A DNA stretch of 64,000 bases from a virus. Lineage: Duplodnaviria > Caudoviricetes. Positions within the stretch are counted from its first letter, which is position 1. The number at the start of each line of letters is the position of its first letter. The position numbers were made by a program, and so were the translations under genes. Below, in pieces: positions 30,183 to 39,948 of this stretch. Below the pieces are notes generated by a model that saw nothing but the letters and a program-made list of their open reading frames with translations, did not search any database and was not told where the DNA came from. The stretch spans positions 1,667-65,666 of the IMG/VR virus record IMGVR_UViG_3300021963_000121. The stretch is one strand, 5' to 3'.

Positions 30183-31796
30183 TTAGACATCTCTGTCAGT
30201 TTCTAAAAGACCAGTTTTTTCTGGATCAACGTTTTCGTGCCCAGGCCACGGCTCATGCATAGGAATACGTTTCATAATACTTTCTATTGGAGTTGTTCCT
30301 TGAAAGCCCGTTGACTTCCAATCTAGTGTTACGTCAACTTTGATGTTTTCACGTAACGCTAATTCTTTAGGAGTTGTTGCTTCTGTTGCTGGTGTGGCAG
30401 GTTCTGCTACTACAGAACTGTTCATGTAAATTTTGTTTCCAGTAGTGACTTTATGATTGTTTCCACTTAGTATATTTGAATCAACTCCTGAAGTTAAAAA
30501 TGAACTGGCAGCGGTATTAAAATTTAGATTACCAGTCGCTGTAAATGTCGAAACGCCTTTAATTTTAATGCTGTTGTTAGCATCAACTGATAAAGTAGAG
30601 TTACCTGTAATAACTGTGTCTGATGTACCTTTGATTTGAATTTTTTGATCTTTACCAACAATCAACGTGTGATTTTCTACAACCTGTGTGTACATGGATT
30701 TTTCAGCACGGAGATTTATATTTCTTCCAGCTTCAATGTTTACGTCTCGATCAGCTCGGAAGTTAAAGTCACCTTCTGAATGTATGCTGATACTGTCAGA
30801 AGAATAAATGTCAATTTTACCGTTGCTGGTTAGTTCTATCCAAGCTGTGCCTTTGGAGTTTCCTATGTAGATCAAGTCCTCTGAATTGTGCATCAATAAC
30901 TGATGACCAGTTCGTGTTCTTACTCTAAAATACTCATTAAAAGGAATTCTTACGTCACCACCGTCAGCATCACTGCTAACATATTCTGACTTGCCAACAC
31001 CAGCGGCAGTTGTCCTAACAAAACGATCATCGCCGTCGTCCATGACCAATTGTGTGCCGCCAACTCTGCTAACAAACACATCTTTTTCAGAAGGATTTTC
31101 TATTGTTCCTGCTTTGGCTTTTTTTGCTCCAGATCGCTTATCTAAAGGGCCTGGAGTAGAAATTCCATAGACATTAGAAATATAATTTCGTCGCATAGAC
31201 GATGTTGTGGGTCCGCGAATGTAATCTGCTACCAGTCCTTGTGCTAACATAAATCCTGCCATTGGATGTATTGGACGTTTGATATTGTCAGTATTTTTAT
31301 TAGTGTTGGCCTCTTCTGATAATACGTTAATTTCAGCAACCGGCAGTGTAGAAGTTCCGTATTCTGACAGTTCACTAGGAGCACCGTCAACAGAAGCGGA
31401 AGCAGCAATGGCCGGCACCATATGATTCATATGAACATTAGGAACACAGCCAATCCAAAAACATTTTCCTATCTCTTGAACAAAAATTACCAAGACAGTA
31501 ACGCCAATATCAGGAGGCACAAAAGACATGCCATAACTTTTTTGTGTGTCATTGAACGCTTGACTATTGCCAGTATTACTGCCGTTGAACGCTTCGTTGG
31601 TAGATCCAAAGAATGGTGGACAATAATGAGCAGGTATTGTAGATGTTTCTTGCCCAAAGATATCATTGTTCATTCCCAGCAGCTGAACAAACAACGTGCC
31701 CATAAATTCGCTGTCGCCGTGACCAACTACTCGAGCCAAGCGAGGCCCAGACATTTTTGGCGTTTCAATTGTATTATTTGGAATATAAGCTTGCAT
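30183..31796 (-). CDS. Baseplate central spike (gp5/VgrG-like OB-fold plus beta-helix), no lysozyme domain evident
   Basis: ARVVG...PPDIGVTVLV.F.....CFWIGC OB-fold; RTRTGHQLLMH...WIELTSNGKIDIY; beta-helix repeats; C-terminal PMHEPWPGHE. Confidence 0.8.
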   Translation of the reverse strand: MQAYIPNNTIETPKMSGPRLARVVGHGDSEFMGTLFVQLLGMNNDIFGQETSTIPAHYCPPFFGSTNEAFNGSNTGNSQAFNDTQKSYGMSFVPPDIGVTVLVIFVQEIGKCFWIGCVPNVHMNHMVPAIAASASVDGAPSELSEYGTSTLPVAEINVLSEEANTNKNTDNIKRPIHPMAGFMLAQGLVADYIRGPTTSSMRRNYISNVYGISTPGPLDKRSGAKKAKAGTIENPSEKDVFVSRVGGTQLVMDDGDDRFVRTTAAGVGKSEYVSSDADGGDVRIPFNEYFRVRTRTGHQLLMHNSEDLIYIGNSKGTAWIELTSNGKIDIYSSDSISIHSEGDFNFRADRDVNIEAGRNINLRAEKSMYTQVVENHTLIVGKDQKIQIKGTSDTVITGNSTLSVDANNSIKIKGVSTFTATGNLNFNTAASSFLTSGVDSNILSGNNHKVTTGNKIYMNSSVVAEPATPATEATTPKELALRENIKVDVTLDWKSTGFQGTTPIESIMKRIPMHEPWPGHENVDPEKTGLLETDRDV

Positions 31797-31807
31797 TGTT
31801 TTCCTTG

Positions 31808-34069
31808 TTAATCAGGCGGTAGACCAGCATTGCCCCGGTACGGAAAAGGCGATGGACCAGGGCCGAAGTCTGTTGCTGTTAATGGTTTAGCTTCTAGGTT
31901 TGTCTTTGGAGCAACTGCTTGTGAAATTACTCCTAATTTAGCAGCGTCACTGGCTTGTGAAGCAGCACCGGAATTGCTTACTTTAGCAGCGTTACTGGCT
32001 TGTGAAGCAGCACCGGAACTGCTTACCGAAGCTTCGCCAACTTTGTTCGATTCGCCACTTGTTCTATATAAACCAAGGTCACTATCGGTTCTAGCAGCAT
32101 TAAGTTGAGCGTCTCCAAGTTCAAGAGTATCTTGTTGTAAATCTCTCAATAATGTTAGTCGTTGAGTAAACACCCCGTCTTTGATTGTATTTTTAGTTCT
32201 AAGAATTTTGTATAACCCACTAAAAGGACTGTAGCCTCTAGGAAATTCAAAAAATGATCCGTCTGGGACAGGAGCATCTATTGGGGTTCGTATACCCAAA
32301 AACACTCTAATTTCTGATTCGCCGTCGGCCATAGACCCGTTAGACCGGACTAGTTCTGATACACCGGCGGGGCGCTTTACTTGAGCAGCTTGAGATGACT
32401 TGTCTATAAGGAAAACACCAGCTTCACTGAGATAATAAGGATCACCAACAATATCCATCTCAACTCTAATTTTACCTTTATCGTTGGTTGTTCTTAGTGC
32501 CTGTTGAAATATTCTAGCTACTTTAACTGCTGCGTCATCGGCATACGCACCATATTCAGGCGCTGCGGCTGCGTTAGGAGCTCGAAATATTCTATTTGAC
32601 CCAGTAACTCTAGCCAACTGACTAAGATCATCACCAACATTAGCTGTGTAAATTACTTCTTTGTCAACTTTTCCTGCTACTGCTAGTGAATTTGTTGCGC
32701 TATTTCCTGGTTCAGTTACGGTTATTGCGGTAAAGTGTAAAAAATCAAAATTCAATTCCCATTTAATAATATCATCATTTTGACCTGTATACAAATATTC
32801 ATATTTTCTAACTATTGATTTTCTTATTCCTTCAGCTCCTTTAAACCGTTTTCCTGGCTCTTGCCAAATACTAGAATGTGCTTTATACGGAACAACAACA
32901 TATATTAATTTTTTTGCAAAAGCGCCAGATGTTGTGAGTTTTTTTAATTCAACTCTAGTTTCTATTCTATACCAGTCGATATATCCGGTAGGATCTTTTT
33001 GAGCGTTTTTAAAAGAGTTAAGACAGTATTCAGAATGTAGCATCACTTCGTCTATCATTCTTGGAATTGTAGTTCCTTCCTTTACCAACGGAAATGTAAA
33101 TGTCATTGATTGAACACTTATTTGATTTCTAGCTGGATCAAATACGGTTTTAATATCAACAAACTTACTGTTCTCAGGACCGCCGGTTGATAATTTTGAA
33201 GAAAGTATACTAGTTGCTTCAGGAAAAATTTCTATTAAATATTCGTCAGCTTCACCAACAATAGCTTCATTTTGAGATTTTAATTCTTGAGCTTTTAATG
33301 CTGCTGTTAAAGACTTTGAACCGGTTGTTAAAATTTCTTGAAGACTCGCACCTGTTATAGCAATTGAACGTTTTATATTGCTGTATATGCTAAGTTGAGG
33401 AATCATTGCTGCTGATATTGCGTTAACAGTATATACAGACCCAGTTTCATTAAAATTCATTTGAGAATTTACTAAACTAATAGCAAAGTATCGCGTAGTG
33501 CCAGGAGCCGATGACGATTTTACATCAATACTTCCATCTTGTTCCCAACCTTTGAATTCTATTTTTAAAACAAATACAGCCTCTTGATAATTTGGGTATC
33601 CTGCGTTGAGAGAGGCCAACAGCATACTTTGATAAAAAAGTCCCATGCTATAGGGTTCAAATACCTGAAACTGAAATCGTGTTGCTGAAGTACTACCAAC
33701 TTGACTGTCTGGAACATGTATGGTATCAACTTCAAAATTATTAATATAATATTCCGGAGCACCGTAAAATGTGTTTGGGCGTTTGCCGAGCCCCGCAGGA
33801 TCTTTTTTTCCTACATTGCCTCCTTCGCCAATAATAAGATATTCTATAGACTCGTCTGAAGTGTAGGCGCCTTCATTATACCTGTCTTTTTGAATTACAC
33901 CAAGGCTTATCATTGGGGTATATCCGCCAAGAAATACCTTAAGGGGGTTTGGTTCGGCGGCCGGAAACAACGGATCAGTGTTGGCTTTTTTCTGTTCTTC
34001 AGCTGCTACTTTTAAAATTGCGCTGTCATACAGTTGTCCGGCACTGGTTTTTTTTAATACTGCTGACAT
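31808..34069 (-). CDS. Baseplate hub protein (gp27/Mu gp44-like)
   Basis: Lies upstream of the spike gene; MDIVGDPY and FSGLYKILRTKNTIKDGVFTQRLTLLR resemble hub C-termini. Confidence 0.65.
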   Translation of the reverse strand: MSAVLKKTSAGQLYDSAILKVAAEEQKKANTDPLFPAAEPNPLKVFLGGYTPMISLGVIQKDRYNEGAYTSDESIEYLIIGEGGNVGKKDPAGLGKRPNTFYGAPEYYINNFEVDTIHVPDSQVGSTSATRFQFQVFEPYSMGLFYQSMLLASLNAGYPNYQEAVFVLKIEFKGWEQDGSIDVKSSSAPGTTRYFAISLVNSQMNFNETGSVYTVNAISAAMIPQLSIYSNIKRSIAITGASLQEILTTGSKSLTAALKAQELKSQNEAIVGEADEYLIEIFPEATSILSSKLSTGGPENSKFVDIKTVFDPARNQISVQSMTFTFPLVKEGTTIPRMIDEVMLHSEYCLNSFKNAQKDPTGYIDWYRIETRVELKKLTTSGAFAKKLIYVVVPYKAHSSIWQEPGKRFKGAEGIRKSIVRKYEYLYTGQNDDIIKWELNFDFLHFTAITVTEPGNSATNSLAVAGKVDKEVIYTANVGDDLSQLARVTGSNRIFRAPNAAAAPEYGAYADDAAVKVARIFQQALRTTNDKGKIRVEMDIVGDPYYLSEAGVFLIDKSSQAAQVKRPAGVSELVRSNGSMADGESEIRVFLGIRTPIDAPVPDGSFFEFPRGYSPFSGLYKILRTKNTIKDGVFTQRLTLLRDLQQDTLELGDAQLNAARTDSDLGLYRTSGESNKVGEASVSSSGAASQASNAAKVSNSGAASQASDAAKLGVISQAVAPKTNLEAKPLTATDFGPGPSPFPYRGNAGLPPD
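31937..32026. repeat. 2 x 45-bp tandem duplication in the hub gene C-terminal tail
   Basis: TTTAGCAGCGT(C/T)ACTGGCTTGTGAAGCAGCACCGGAA(T/C)TGCTTAC occurs twice with 2 mismatches; encodes VS(S/N)SGAASQAS(N/D)AAK. Confidence 0.9.
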
Positions 34070-34369
34070 TTAGGATCCCATAAATCGTTGTAGATTATTT
34101 TTTTTAGGTATTTTAATTGTGACGCCTGGTTCAAAATCATAGACCGGATCTTTGATCACACCCATATTTCTTTGAACAAATACCCACCACAATTTACTAT
34201 CACCATAAAAATCAAATGCTAATAAGTCTGGTCGATGTTTGTATTGATTTTCTATAACATAATCTTCGTCATCGTCTTCAGCAGGAACAGGACGTATTGA
34301 CAAAATATCTAGGTAGTTAAAATTTTCTGCGGTATTATACCACGGTGATGATTTTCCATAATTAGCCAT
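34070..34369 (-). CDS. Baseplate wedge protein, gp53/LysM-like
   Basis: HRPDLLAFDFYGDSKLWWVFVQRN....DP..DFEPGVTIKIP LysM-like motif. Confidence 0.8.
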   Translation of the reverse strand: MANYGKSSPWYNTAENFNYLDILSIRPVPAEDDDEDYVIENQYKHRPDLLAFDFYGDSKLWWVFVQRNMGVIKDPVYDFEPGVTIKIPKKNNLQRFMGS

Positions 34370-35508
34370 TATAAAACTCCTGAGTACATGCCGCGGGTGT
34401 AATCTTTCATACTAAACTGTCTAACTCGTTCTCTATTGTAGATTGGTGAAACAATCACTGTGATTGTACTCATCATTGGTACCCAAGTTTGATACTTACT
34501 ATCCGCGCCGGTTTCTGTGATGGCACTGACCTCTTTACCTGTTTTAGAGGCAACCATTGTTATTGAATCTGCTTCGGGTCTAAGCCCATCCACTGAAGCA
34601 ATTCTTTTGTAACTTACATTGTCTTTTAATTCTACTTGATAACTTTTAATTACCACCGGAATACCATTAAAAATATAAGGCCCATAACCACTTAGATAAC
34701 AGACAATTGGAGGATTTCCTTGTGGAGTGCTTTGGCCATAAAACATCTTTGTAGCAGACTTTAAAAAAGTTGTAGCAGCAATCCAGTACTGACCGTCACT
34801 GTAAGTGTTCACTGGGAAATCACAGGTTATTGTAATATCTTCAACCGAACTATTTTTATATCCTTGATAAGAAAAATTATTATGTGTAGGGTCTGTAACA
34901 GTATAGTTGGCTTTGTGTGTCATTGTTATACTAGGAGTAAACGGAAACACCATGCCGTTGGTTTCTTTTAAAATTTTAAAAGGATGACCGGTAACATCGC
35001 CGCCGGCTAGTGCTTCAAAATTAGTTGATATTTTTACTCGCCAGTCGGTGGCTGCGGAACCTGAAACTTTAGTGAATACTTGAAAAGGGTCATCTTTGGA
35101 TTTTTTAGCAGGAGACATTCCTTGTAATTGGCCTTTGATATTTCTAAAAATACTTGCGGCATCTCTACCAAATGCTTTAATACTATCCCCAGCTTGACTT
35201 AATATCGCAGGAGCAGAAGATATTAGTTGACCAATAGCCAGCGCAGACCCCAACACGCCTAACGCCCTATCTAATCCTGAAAAATCAGGCAGATCGATTC
35301 CAAATCCTTTTTTAGATTTGGCGCCACCGCCAGGGCCGCCTCTAAAGCCGTTGACCGTTCCTGTGACCTGCGCATCAAGTTTCGATTGTGGATATGTGCC
35401 GCCCGGATCTATGAATGTATAAGATCCAGTATAGCCAGCAGACCCTGGCGCATTTTGTATTGTAGTTGTAGTCCCCGCTGTAGACTCACCGTTGGTTGGT
35501 AATGGCAT
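34369..35508 (-). CDS. Tail tube initiator/baseplate protein (gp48/gp54-like)
   Basis: VFPFTPSITMTHKANY...GNPPIVCYLSGYG...IPVVIKSYQV resembles tube-initiator folds; adjacent to the LysM wedge gene. Confidence 0.6.
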   Translation of the reverse strand: MPLPTNGESTAGTTTTIQNAPGSAGYTGSYTFIDPGGTYPQSKLDAQVTGTVNGFRGGPGGGAKSKKGFGIDLPDFSGLDRALGVLGSALAIGQLISSAPAILSQAGDSIKAFGRDAASIFRNIKGQLQGMSPAKKSKDDPFQVFTKVSGSAATDWRVKISTNFEALAGGDVTGHPFKILKETNGMVFPFTPSITMTHKANYTVTDPTHNNFSYQGYKNSSVEDITITCDFPVNTYSDGQYWIAATTFLKSATKMFYGQSTPQGNPPIVCYLSGYGPYIFNGIPVVIKSYQVELKDNVSYKRIASVDGLRPEADSITMVASKTGKEVSAITETGADSKYQTWVPMMSTITVIVSPIYNRERVRQFSMKDYTRGMYSGVL

Positions 35509-35530
35509 ATTATTTTGGCATCCTTTAGTC

Positions 35531-35537
35531 TATTTAT
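35531..35537 (-). promoter_or_regulatory. T4-type late promoter heading the minus-strand baseplate block
   Basis: ATAAATA on the minus strand upstream of ATG 35508. Confidence 0.65.
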
Positions 35538-35550
35538 TTCCTTAAAAATA

Positions 35551-35559
35551 TGCTATTAT
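35551..35559 (+). promoter_or_regulatory. Putative extended -10 host-sigma promoter for gp55
   Basis: TG-C-TATTAT upstream of GAGGA and ATG 35585. Confidence 0.45.
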
Positions 35560-35584
35560 ATAAGTACTCAGAGGATTATAATTA

Positions 35585-36454
35585 ATGACCATAAACACTA
35601 TAGTACCAAAAATAAAATACCTAACTAACAAAGATTTACTATTAGAAATACACCGAAGTAAGAATACCTACTGTTCTTACACACAACCAGAATACTGCGA
35701 CTACGACATTATACTGCCTAGTCTAGCAAAACTTAATATTAGAACCATAGCAGAAGCCAAGCGCAATCGTGCTGCTAAGTTGAGCAAAGAAGCACACGAA
35801 GCTGCTAAACTAACTGAAAAGAAAGCATCAGCTAAAGACTACGAAATAGATTATAAAAAGATTTCTAAAACAGATCTTGTGTTTCGAATTGTCTGCTGGG
35901 AACATATTCCGCTAGCGCCTGGACGTAAAAAGACAGTTAAAAGCACTGCTGACAGTCACGAAAAAGTTAATTTTCCTCCCTTCCAACATTGGAAATATGA
36001 CGAGGACGACAATCTTATTTGTATAGGCAAAAGTCATTGGAAGGGCGATCTACAAAATGGCTACTTTAGCAAGGATCACGGACGCATGACTGATAATCTA
36101 GCTCGTATGTTTATCAAACTCTGTGAGCGATATGCTACTAGAGGTAACGTTCGAGGCTATACCTACAACGACGAGATGAAGGGTCAAGCTATTCTTCAAC
36201 TTACACAAATAGGACTACAATTTGATGAAAGCAAATCTAATAACCCTTTTGCTTACTATACTGCTGCTGTCACTAATTCATTCGTTAGAATTATCAACAT
36301 TGAAAAACGTAATCAAAACATTCGAGACGACATTCTTGAAATGAATGGAATGAACCCAAGTTGGACTAGACAAAACAGCGGAAAAGATCCAGCCGCAGGC
36401 CCAACCACAACAACTACCATGATACCAGCAGTAGATTGGAGCGCCGATGATTGA
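35585..36454 (+). CDS. gp55: Late transcription sigma factor, T4 gp55-like
   Basis: YLTNKDLL near the N-terminus; ERYATRGNVRGYTYNDEM..QA......FDESKSNNPFAYYT..V.NSF.RII..EKR; sits immediately upstream of gp47-gp46 as in T4-like phages. Confidence 0.85.
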   Translation: MTINTIVPKIKYLTNKDLLLEIHRSKNTYCSYTQPEYCDYDIILPSLAKLNIRTIAEAKRNRAAKLSKEAHEAAKLTEKKASAKDYEIDYKKISKTDLVFRIVCWEHIPLAPGRKKTVKSTADSHEKVNFPPFQHWKYDEDDNLICIGKSHWKGDLQNGYFSKDHGRMTDNLARMFIKLCERYATRGNVRGYTYNDEMKGQAILQLTQIGLQFDESKSNNPFAYYTAAVTNSFVRIINIEKRNQNIRDDILEMNGMNPSWTRQNSGKDPAAGPTTTTTMIPAVDWSADD

Positions 36455-36480
36455 CAAAGCATATGAAGTATGCCTATAAT
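36451..36480 (+). promoter_or_regulatory. Consensus sigma70 promoter TTGACA-N18-TATAAT
   Basis: Perfect -35 (36451-36456) and -10 (36475-36480), then GGAG and ATG 36498. Confidence 0.8.
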
Positions 36481-36497
36481 AACTATGGAGACTCATA

Positions 36498-37511
36498 ATG
36501 CCGTTATTCAAAAAAGTTGCTTGTTTTACTGATATACATTTTGGACTAAAATCAGGTAGCAGAACACACAATACAGATTGTGAAGATTTTGTTAAATGGT
36601 TTTGCGAAACTGCTCAAGCCGAAGGCTGCGAAACAGCTATATTTCTTGGCGACTGGCATCATAATCGTGCGACTACTGATGTTAGCACAATGAATTATAC
36701 CGTTAGTAACATAGAACGGTTAAGCCAAAGTTTTGAAAAAGTCTATTTTATTTTAGGCAATCACGATTTGTTCTACAAAGACAAACGTGAAATCAACTCT
36801 GTTGAGTTTATGCGCTTATTCCCTAATGTAATTCCTATCAAAGAAACACTCACAGAAGGCGATGTAACTATCATGCCTTGGCTTGTGGGCGACGAATGGA
36901 AAAACATTCCTAAACTCAAAAGCCGTTATATATTTGGTCACTTAGAACTGCCCTTGTTCTATATGAATGCTATGGTACAGATGCCAGATCACGGACAATT
37001 ACAAGCCGAACACTTTATAAATCAAGAGTACGTGTTTAGCGGTCACTTCCACAAACGTCAGACCAAAGGCAATGTTACCTATATAGGCAATGCGTTTCCT
37101 CACAACTACGCCGATGCCAGCGACGATGACCGTGGTATGATGATACTTGAATGGGGCGGTAAACCAGAGTATCGTACTTGGCCAGGCCAGCCTGTGTATA
37201 GAACCTACAGATTAAGTCAAATCATTGACAAACCTGATGCGTTACTGCGTGAAAAAATGCACTGTAGGGTTACCATCGACTTGCCAATTACCTTTGAAGA
37301 AGCAAATTTCATCAAAGAAACTTTTATGCCTCAGTACAATCTACGTGAACTGATGTTGATCCCAGAAAAAGCAGAAATTGACAACACTACTGCGCAGCCT
37401 GTGGACATTAAATTTGAATCTGTAGACACTATTGTGGTTAATCAAATAACTGCCATTGATTCCGAAGCCTACGACAAGAAGCTGTTGTTGGAGATCTATA
37501 ATCAACTATGA
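36498..37511 (+). CDS. gp47: Recombination endonuclease subunit (Mre11/SbcD-like)
   Basis: Metallophosphoesterase motifs DIHFG, GDWHH, GNHD, GHLE, SGHFH. Confidence 0.92.
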   Translation: MPLFKKVACFTDIHFGLKSGSRTHNTDCEDFVKWFCETAQAEGCETAIFLGDWHHNRATTDVSTMNYTVSNIERLSQSFEKVYFILGNHDLFYKDKREINSVEFMRLFPNVIPIKETLTEGDVTIMPWLVGDEWKNIPKLKSRYIFGHLELPLFYMNAMVQMPDHGQLQAEHFINQEYVFSGHFHKRQTKGNVTYIGNAFPHNYADASDDDRGMMILEWGGKPEYRTWPGQPVYRTYRLSQIIDKPDALLREKMHCRVTIDLPITFEEANFIKETFMPQYNLRELMLIPEKAEIDNTTAQPVDIKFESVDTIVVNQITAIDSEAYDKKLLLEIYNQL

Positions 37512-39286
37512 TAAAAATTAAAAACTTAACCGTACGAAATTTTATGAGCGTGGGCAATCAAACCCAGGCTATAGATTTTGACAAGGGTCAACTGACATTA
37601 GTGCTTGGCGAAAACATGGATCTAGGCGGCGATGACAGCGGCGCTCGTAATGGCACAGGTAAAACTACTATCATCAACGGTCTTAGCTATGCTATCTATG
37701 GCAATGCTCTAACAAATATTAAGAAAGACAACCTTGTCAACAAGATCAACAACAAAGGCATGCTGTGTACAGTTACATTTGACGTTGACGGCATTGAATA
37801 TCACATCGAACGAGGTCGCAAGCCTAATCTACTAAAGTTCAGCGTTAACGGAGAACAAGTAGATTCTGACGATCAAGACGAATCACAGGGTGATTCTAGA
37901 GAAACACAAAAAGAAATTGAACGACTATTTGGCATGAGTCATGAAATGTTCAAACATCTAGTAGCGTTGAATACCTATACCGAACCATTCCTTTCAATGA
38001 AAGCCAACGATCAAAGAGCAATCATTGAACAATTACTGGGTATTACCCTGCTATCTGAAAAAGCTGACGCTTTAAAAGAAGGCATACGTATATCTAAAGA
38101 TTTAATTCAAACAGAAAACACTAGATTAGAAACAGTTAAAGCTAGTAACGAACGTATTCAACAGAGTATCGAATCACTAGAACGTAAACAAAGACTGTGG
38201 ACTACAACCAAAGACGAATCTGTTGTTAAATTAGAAAAAAGTATCAAGACTCTTAGTACTATCGATATCGATTCTGAAATTATCAAACAAAAAGAACTGT
38301 CCGAATGGACAAAGACCAAAAAAGAAGTTGATAATATATTGGCGTTGATTGCTAAAAGCACAGCCACACTTGAAAAAGAACAGAAAAATCTAGACAAATT
38401 TAACAAAGAGCTTGGGTTATTAGTTGAACACAAGTGTCACAGTTGCGGTCAAGACATACACGATTCAAAACATCAAGAAATGTTAGATGCTAAAAACAAA
38501 CAGATTGCTGACTGCGCTGAAAGTATTACTGAACACCAAGAAGAAATCAAAGCATTTAACGAAGCGTTGGATTTGCTAGGAGAATTAGGCACCCAACCGT
38601 CAGTGCACTATGACAACATCGACGATGCGTACAATCATAAAAATACATTAAGCGGTCTTGAAAAAGATTTAACAAATAAAAAAGCAGAATCAGATCCTTA
38701 TCAAGATCAAATAGACGAATTAAAAAATACTGCTGTACAAGAACTTGATTGGAATAGAATCAACGAGCTTACACGAGTTAAAGATCATCAAGAGTTTCTT
38801 TATAAGTTACTGACCAGCAAAGATAGTTTTGTAAGAAAACGCATCATCGATCAAAATTTAAATTACCTCAACACACGTTTGACCTATTATCTAGATCGAA
38901 TTGGCTTACCTCATACTGTTGCTTTCCAAAACGATCTTAGTGTTATTATCACTCAACTAGGACAAGATTTAGATTTTGATAACCTATCTAGAGGCGAGCG
39001 CAATAGATTGATACTGTCTATGTCATGGGCTTTCCGTGATGTGTGGGAAAATCTATATCAAAGTATCAATTTACTGTTTATTGACGAACTAGTAGATTCG
39101 GGCATGGACTCAAGCGGTGTTGAAAGCTCAATTGCTGTGCTTAAGAAAATGACCCGTGAGCGTGATAAAAATGTATTTTTAATTTCGCACAGAGACGATT
39201 TAACCAGTCGTGTTAATCACGTGCTAAAAGTAATCAAAGAAAACGGATTTACCAGTTATTCAAACGACATTGATATTGTAGAATGA
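37508..39286 (+). CDS. gp46: Recombination ATPase subunit (Rad50/SbcC-like)
   Basis: Walker A NGTGKTT, coiled coil with CHSCGQ zinc hook, LSRGE signature, Walker B LLFIDE, ISH. Confidence 0.93.
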   Translation: MIKIKNLTVRNFMSVGNQTQAIDFDKGQLTLVLGENMDLGGDDSGARNGTGKTTIINGLSYAIYGNALTNIKKDNLVNKINNKGMLCTVTFDVDGIEYHIERGRKPNLLKFSVNGEQVDSDDQDESQGDSRETQKEIERLFGMSHEMFKHLVALNTYTEPFLSMKANDQRAIIEQLLGITLLSEKADALKEGIRISKDLIQTENTRLETVKASNERIQQSIESLERKQRLWTTTKDESVVKLEKSIKTLSTIDIDSEIIKQKELSEWTKTKKEVDNILALIAKSTATLEKEQKNLDKFNKELGLLVEHKCHSCGQDIHDSKHQEMLDAKNKQIADCAESITEHQEEIKAFNEALDLLGELGTQPSVHYDNIDDAYNHKNTLSGLEKDLTNKKAESDPYQDQIDELKNTAVQELDWNRINELTRVKDHQEFLYKLLTSKDSFVRKRIIDQNLNYLNTRLTYYLDRIGLPHTVAFQNDLSVIITQLGQDLDFDNLSRGERNRLILSMSWAFRDVWENLYQSINLLFIDELVDSGMDSSGVESSIAVLKKMTRERDKNVFLISHRDDLTSRVNHVLKVIKENGFTSYSNDIDIVE

Positions 39287-39513
39287 GCACTGATACACAC
39301 GACAGAATGATTCGAGCGTTTCAAGAATACTTTAAATGGCAGGAACGATTTGAGTACAAGAATTCTGACGAAGCAGGAGTCAAAGCTCGCCATTGGCTGT
39401 CAGAAATTCGTAACGAAGCATCAACTAGGCGTGTAGAAATACAAGAAAAAAGGCAACAACGTAAACAATCCAGAAAAGGCATTATGGGCAGACCACGCAA
39501 GGTAATTAAATGA
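39283..39513 (+). CDS. Small basic helical protein, histone H1-like Hc1-type nucleic-acid-binding protein
   Basis: EAGVKARHWLSEIRNEASTRRVEIQEKR resembles the Hc1-like AG.RARK.L.E core; very basic tail; ATGA overlap with gp46. Confidence 0.55.
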   Translation: MSTDTHDRMIRAFQEYFKWQERFEYKNSDEAGVKARHWLSEIRNEASTRRVEIQEKRQQRKQSRKGIMGRPRKVIK

Positions 39514-39948
39514 GTGCTGTGGACCTATCAAAATCAAACTGTAGAAGAAATACCAGAAGGCTATATTGGCTTTGTTTATCTCATCACCAATCTTAAGACC
39601 GGACAGAAGTACATAGGCAAAAAACTAGCTCAATTCAAACGTACTAAACCACCACTCAAAGGCAAAAAACTTAAAAGAAGATCAGTAGTTGAAAGCGATT
39701 GGCGCGACTACTGGAGCTCATCTGATAGGTTACAAGCAGACGTCCAAGCACTAGGTCCGGAAAATTTCACAAGAGAAATACTTTACTACTGTAAATCCAA
39801 GGCAGAAATGTCATATTTAGAAGCAAGAGAGCAGTTTGAACGCAGAGTTTTAGAAACAGATGACTATTATAATGGTATTATAAACGTCAGAGTAGGCGGT
39901 TCAAACATACTTAGGCAACGTCTTTTAGAACAATCTCAGGCAAAATAA
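39514..39948 (+). CDS. Minimal GIY-YIG (Seg-like) endonuclease
   Basis: GFVYLITNLKTGQKYIGKK, DWRDYWSSS, ENFTREIL, YLEAREQF (catalytic Glu) and YYN; GTG start abuts the previous stop. Confidence 0.85.
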   Translation: MLWTYQNQTVEEIPEGYIGFVYLITNLKTGQKYIGKKLAQFKRTKPPLKGKKLKRRSVVESDWRDYWSSSDRLQADVQALGPENFTREILYYCKSKAEMSYLEAREQFERRVLETDDYYNGIINVRVGGSNILRQRLLEQSQAK

